Shown one piece after another: positions 34,301 to 36,534 of a stretch of 36,534 nucleotides of DNA (the first letter of the stretch is position 1; each line of letters begins with the position of its first letter). The notes under the pieces are model-generated. The model had not been told where the DNA came from, did not search any database, and saw only the letters and a program-made list of their open reading frames with translations. Source of the stretch: an uncultured virus (IMG/VR IMGVR_UViG_3300044646_001664) (Duplodnaviria > Heunggongvirae > Uroviricota > Caudoviricetes); the IMG/VR virus record IMGVR_UViG_3300044646_001664. One strand, 5' to 3'. Made by a program: the position numbers and the translations under genes.

Positions 34301-35684
34301 TGCTAATAATACTATTTGTGTTAATTGGATTAAACGCTTGCTCTGCATCAAAAATAGAAATAGATCCAGTAGATGCTAAAAGTTGTCCAACTGGCAAAGC
34401 GGTGTTTCCAAGATCTGAAAGAGATTTTTTTATGTTGTAACTTATAACTTCATCAGAAATATCAACAACTAGTCTTGGAGACATTTCAATTAAATCAAAG
34501 GTTGAATCTTTTTTATTCATTATTTCTGCAACAATTCTAATACCACGAATGTATGCAAACTCCCTGTATCTAGACTCTCCACTTGTTGGATCTACAAAAA
34601 ATCCTGGCGATACAAGATCTTTTACAAAATTAGTTTTTGGATTTATGGACTCAGATCCAATTGTCCATCCGTAGGTAGGAGTAAATGTTTCATAGGCCTG
34701 ACTTGTACTATTCCAGACATGATATGTTCCTATACTGTTGCTTGTTTCTAAAACAAGATAAGCGTAGCCGTTTATTGAAGATTCAGGAAGCAAGGTAGTT
34801 GAAGAATACGTCTCTGCAAAAACAAAAGTATCGGCATACTCACTTGGAATTATTAACCCATACTCTAGTTCTACATATCCGTCTGATCCAATTATAGGGC
34901 TACCGTCTGACCTTGTAGAGTTTTCATTAAATGAATATGCATCTACCCAATTATTATTTTTTAAATATTGAACTTTCCATCTTTTAGGAGTAGTCTTGTT
35001 TAATTCTCCAAAAAAAGGATCTGCATTTACTGAAGAAAAATTAATAAAATCTTGTAAGTCTACATTGCCAATGTTTGTTTGCATTTTAATTACAATTCTA
35101 TTTGTTGGTACTTGCTCTTTATAGACCACAAACGGCACAGCATCATCAATGTAATAAGAACCATTTAAAATATTTTTTGCAATACCACGTTCTACATTGT
35201 TTTCTTTTCTGTAAGAGTTCCAATATTTAAATTCATCATACCTAGAGGACATGTAGTATCTGGGTCTTTGTGCCATAAACACTCCAGAGTTTGAAAGATA
35301 TTGATTGCTTCTATCAAAAAACAAAGGCTTGTTAATTCCAGACCTTGGTCTAAATGGTTTTAAACAATCTTCTAATGAGTACAATAGTTTTCTTTTTTGC
35401 TCTATTGATGTAAATAGTTGTGGAAGGTTTTGATCATCTACCCCACCATTTATAGATATTTCAGAATCTGTAGCATCTGTGTAGTAATCTCCAGCATCTA
35501 GTGAGTCAAAAGATGACGGTAGTGTTTGAAATTTAATCTCATCCCCAGTAGGTCTATATCTATAGTTTCCAACATGAAAAATATTATCTGGCATGTTCAT
35601 GTTCCATTCAGCAAGAACTAAAGATCTTGTTTGAATTGTTGGAGATGTTTCAAAATGAGTTTTTAATTCTTGACTTACAAACAA
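31368..35684 (-). CDS. Large minor tail (hub/host-specificity-like) protein, about 1438 aa
   Basis: Second gene after the tape measure. LamG-like segment near the C-terminus and IQLGDIVTINY OB-like end. Likely TTG start at 35684 after GAGG. Confidence 0.75.
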   Translation of the reverse strand: MFVSQELKTHFETSPTIQTRSLVLAEWNMNMPDNIFHVGNYRYRPTGDEIKFQTLPSSFDSLDAGDYYTDATDSEISINGGVDDQNLPQLFTSIEQKRKLLYSLEDCLKPFRPRSGINKPLFFDRSNQYLSNSGVFMAQRPRYYMSSRYDEFKYWNSYRKENNVERGIAKNILNGSYYIDDAVPFVVYKEQVPTNRIVIKMQTNIGNVDLQDFINFSSVNADPFFGELNKTTPKRWKVQYLKNNNWVDAYSFNENSTRSDGSPIIGSDGYVELEYGLIIPSEYADTFVFAETYSSTTLLPESSINGYAYLVLETSNSIGTYHVWNSTSQAYETFTPTYGWTIGSESINPKTNFVKDLVSPGFFVDPTSGESRYREFAYIRGIRIVAEIMNKKDSTFDLIEMSPRLVVDISDEVISYNIKKSLSDLGNTALPVGQLLASTGSISIFDAEQAFNPINTNSIISNYLRKNIKFTFYEKILNVENYDYCVPIKTLYSEGMPQSDVTGGILSLELRDFYFFLESMPAPRMLVTNVSLSYAICLLLDYIGFANYSFKRVDNEQDPIIPYLFIAPDQNVAEVLNQLAVATQTSMFFDEYNNFIVMSKDYLMPTELQRSADIQLLGNNNQSVSGIIENQTTSNIPNIIAITAEDKTIFNDGKINYTTRYIQRSYGSVNQANVLEEEKTWIYKPTLLWEVANVEPLKTINEKISENGNYILAAMPLNSDLSNELPTVFGNSIINNTIDIGENVYYLSRNQGYFYSNGEIIRYDAVQYSITGVGNVYISNNQEYQKYFAALPFNGKIYRTGLIRIFSTPYYESIGSITRLQAGEVYEHGRGQFGTQVTSHFAGINPYWSDKNNVRGIEMQSQYLFTTEINPTIPATSIGAAGISNDLAKQASRNGIIKNSNVTNFLTETEVNQLSSTRAGVVQASALIINGPSFKPTENPINFVSYVYKKLDSAFKTFGTRIRVVGKIENNEIRGQTPFGTMTYYQTGSTVPTQDPNIGGGSGGIGILVNPETNNGYYFEIIALTANNVESYLNLNQSGQSNISINNVVFYKIKKETASDKAIPIKLYGGLTQINVDSGTFAGYQRVSAEEDTTVYDLTVEYQDIGNTRRFFLYINNQLIQVVDDTDPLPIYNNMALFSRGSSRCMFEHVYALSGNYAEGFDSSVTETLSSAFKNKEVGTNESFRKYAMSGVVQSTHLSGISAQQPPKYNIYFEEFGSIMRECAYFNIRYDKAYPALYSKLAPPINKNLAYTVSGFYSDSYGAEFLIFNSTDNFLVLDETAGNWLRIQGIAFTQNTTHELTVDEYFKKKGNLSDPPFKGNTLTYSPLVQKNKYDEIKLSRLIYGKNEFSISTDYIQTEDDAEALMGWIINKIMTPKKSIGVKIFATPTIQLGDIVTINYKDSNDLDLVATENDRFVVYNIEYSRNIDGPDMTIYLSEV

Positions 35685-35685
35685 T

Positions 35686-36327
35686 TTAAACCTCTTCCAG
35701 AGATACCGAAATATTCCAAAGGTCGTGATTTGTTCCGCCACGTTTGACAACGCTGTAGTTAAAATCAGAAAAATAAACTTCTACAATTTGATTGTATTTA
35801 CCTAGGTGTCCAAAAGATGCATCTGTGGTTTCTCCATCAACTGGAAAATTAGTATATTTATCATATGCTAAATACATCCAAAAAGGACCTTGATGATTTT
35901 CATACCAATCTAAAACCTCAACCCCTCCTGCACCACCATCTGCAGTAAACTCTGAACTTGTTCCTTTATTAGGAGATAGTCCAGTTGAAGCAAAATCTGC
36001 TTTGTCAGAATATGCACGGGATGGCAAATTATTCCAAGATACACTCATAGTAAGTTTATCTGCAATATGATAAGACCTCATCCTACCATTGATAGTTCTT
36101 TCTCGTTTTTCAATTCTTTCTGAGTTAAAGGACATGTCTTCTCTGTTGTGATCTGATAATATTAAAAATTGATTAATACCGCCTGTGGTAAGGCTTGAAT
36201 TAGCCCCTATTTCTTGTCCAGTTGGCACGTAAAGGCCATTACTCAGGGTTCCCGCATTCTCTGACCATAGAATTGATTGTGGTCTTTGATACCTCTTTCT
36301 ACCCGAAATATACGCTGAGGTTGCCAT
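35686..36327 (-). CDS. Distal-tail-like protein
   Basis: Directly after the tape measure; RTINGRMRSYHIADK and WNISVSLEEV. Confidence 0.65.
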   Translation of the reverse strand: MATSAYISGRKRYQRPQSILWSENAGTLSNGLYVPTGQEIGANSSLTTGGINQFLILSDHNREDMSFNSERIEKRERTINGRMRSYHIADKLTMSVSWNNLPSRAYSDKADFASTGLSPNKGTSSEFTADGGAGGVEVLDWYENHQGPFWMYLAYDKYTNFPVDGETTDASFGHLGKYNQIVEVYFSDFNYSVVKRGGTNHDLWNISVSLEEV

Positions 36328-36533
36328 TATTTTTGCCCCTTAATTCTTTGATTGTCTATTCGTCTAATTTGTGTCATAACGGTCTTTGCAATATCGTCGG
36401 GACTTGAATCAGATTTAACATTAACATTTAGACTATAATTATACACTGAAGACCCTCCGTATGAGCCATCATTTATTTTATTAAGATTATTTACTCCAAA
36501 TGAATCAACGGCATTTCTACGAACAACAAACTC
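36327..36533 (-). CDS. C-terminus of the tape measure protein (partial)
   Basis: EFVVRRNAVDSFGVNNLNKIN...VYNYSLNVNV...DDIAKTVMTQI is a typical TMP tail; TAATG coupling. Confidence 0.75.
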   Translation of the reverse strand, partial: EFVVRRNAVDSFGVNNLNKINDGSYGGSSVYNYSLNVNVKSDSSPDDIAKTVMTQIRRIDNQRIKGQK

Positions 36534-36534
36534 T

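Noticed and set aside
35685..35750. Upstream extension of the 1460-aa tail ORF
   Set aside because: It overlaps the previous gene; a GAGG SD and TTG at 35684 just after that gene's stop give a better start.
290..36407. Plus-strand ORFs in the track (e.g. 5681-6010, 6242-6709, 9103-9696, 10212-10709, 25468-25869)
   Set aside because: All are antisense shadows of well-supported minus-strand genes, with no recognisable motifs.
1..36534. Alternative genetic code or stop-codon readthrough
   Set aside because: Genes tile densely under code 11, use TAA, TAG and TGA as stops, and no suppressor tRNA is present.

Overview
AT-rich segment of a large tailed dsDNA phage with almost every gene on the minus strand. 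A phage-borne WhiB, an actinobacterial-style surface protein and leaderless-type starts point to an actinobacterial host, most likely freshwater acI/Nanopelagicales-like (inference). In transcription order (right to left) it carries: the 3' end of the tape measure gene and tail genes; a replication/recombination block (HTH, DnaB, primase, SSB, DnaE, RecA, resolvase-like, Cas4-like, RuvC-like); the terminase; two large secreted surface proteins; a lipoprotein/membrane protein/CHAP endolysin cassette; and an accessory block (proteasome-beta-like Ntn protease, three tRNAs, Hsp20, SNase, thioredoxin, WhiB, APS-kinase/HxGH-nucleotidyltransferase fusion, DUF2061, pyrimidine-dimer glycosylase, XapX, holin-like). 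This block converges on a plus-strand glycosyltransferase-like gene. The most interesting signals are a ROSE-like RNA thermometer in the hsp20 leader, a compact H-type pseudoknot just after hsp20, a possible minimal PAPS-synthase-like fusion, a proteasome-like protease with an exact Thr1/Asp17/Lys33 triad, and a phage-encoded host-surface protein cassette. All family assignments come from motif recognition by eye; no searches were run.
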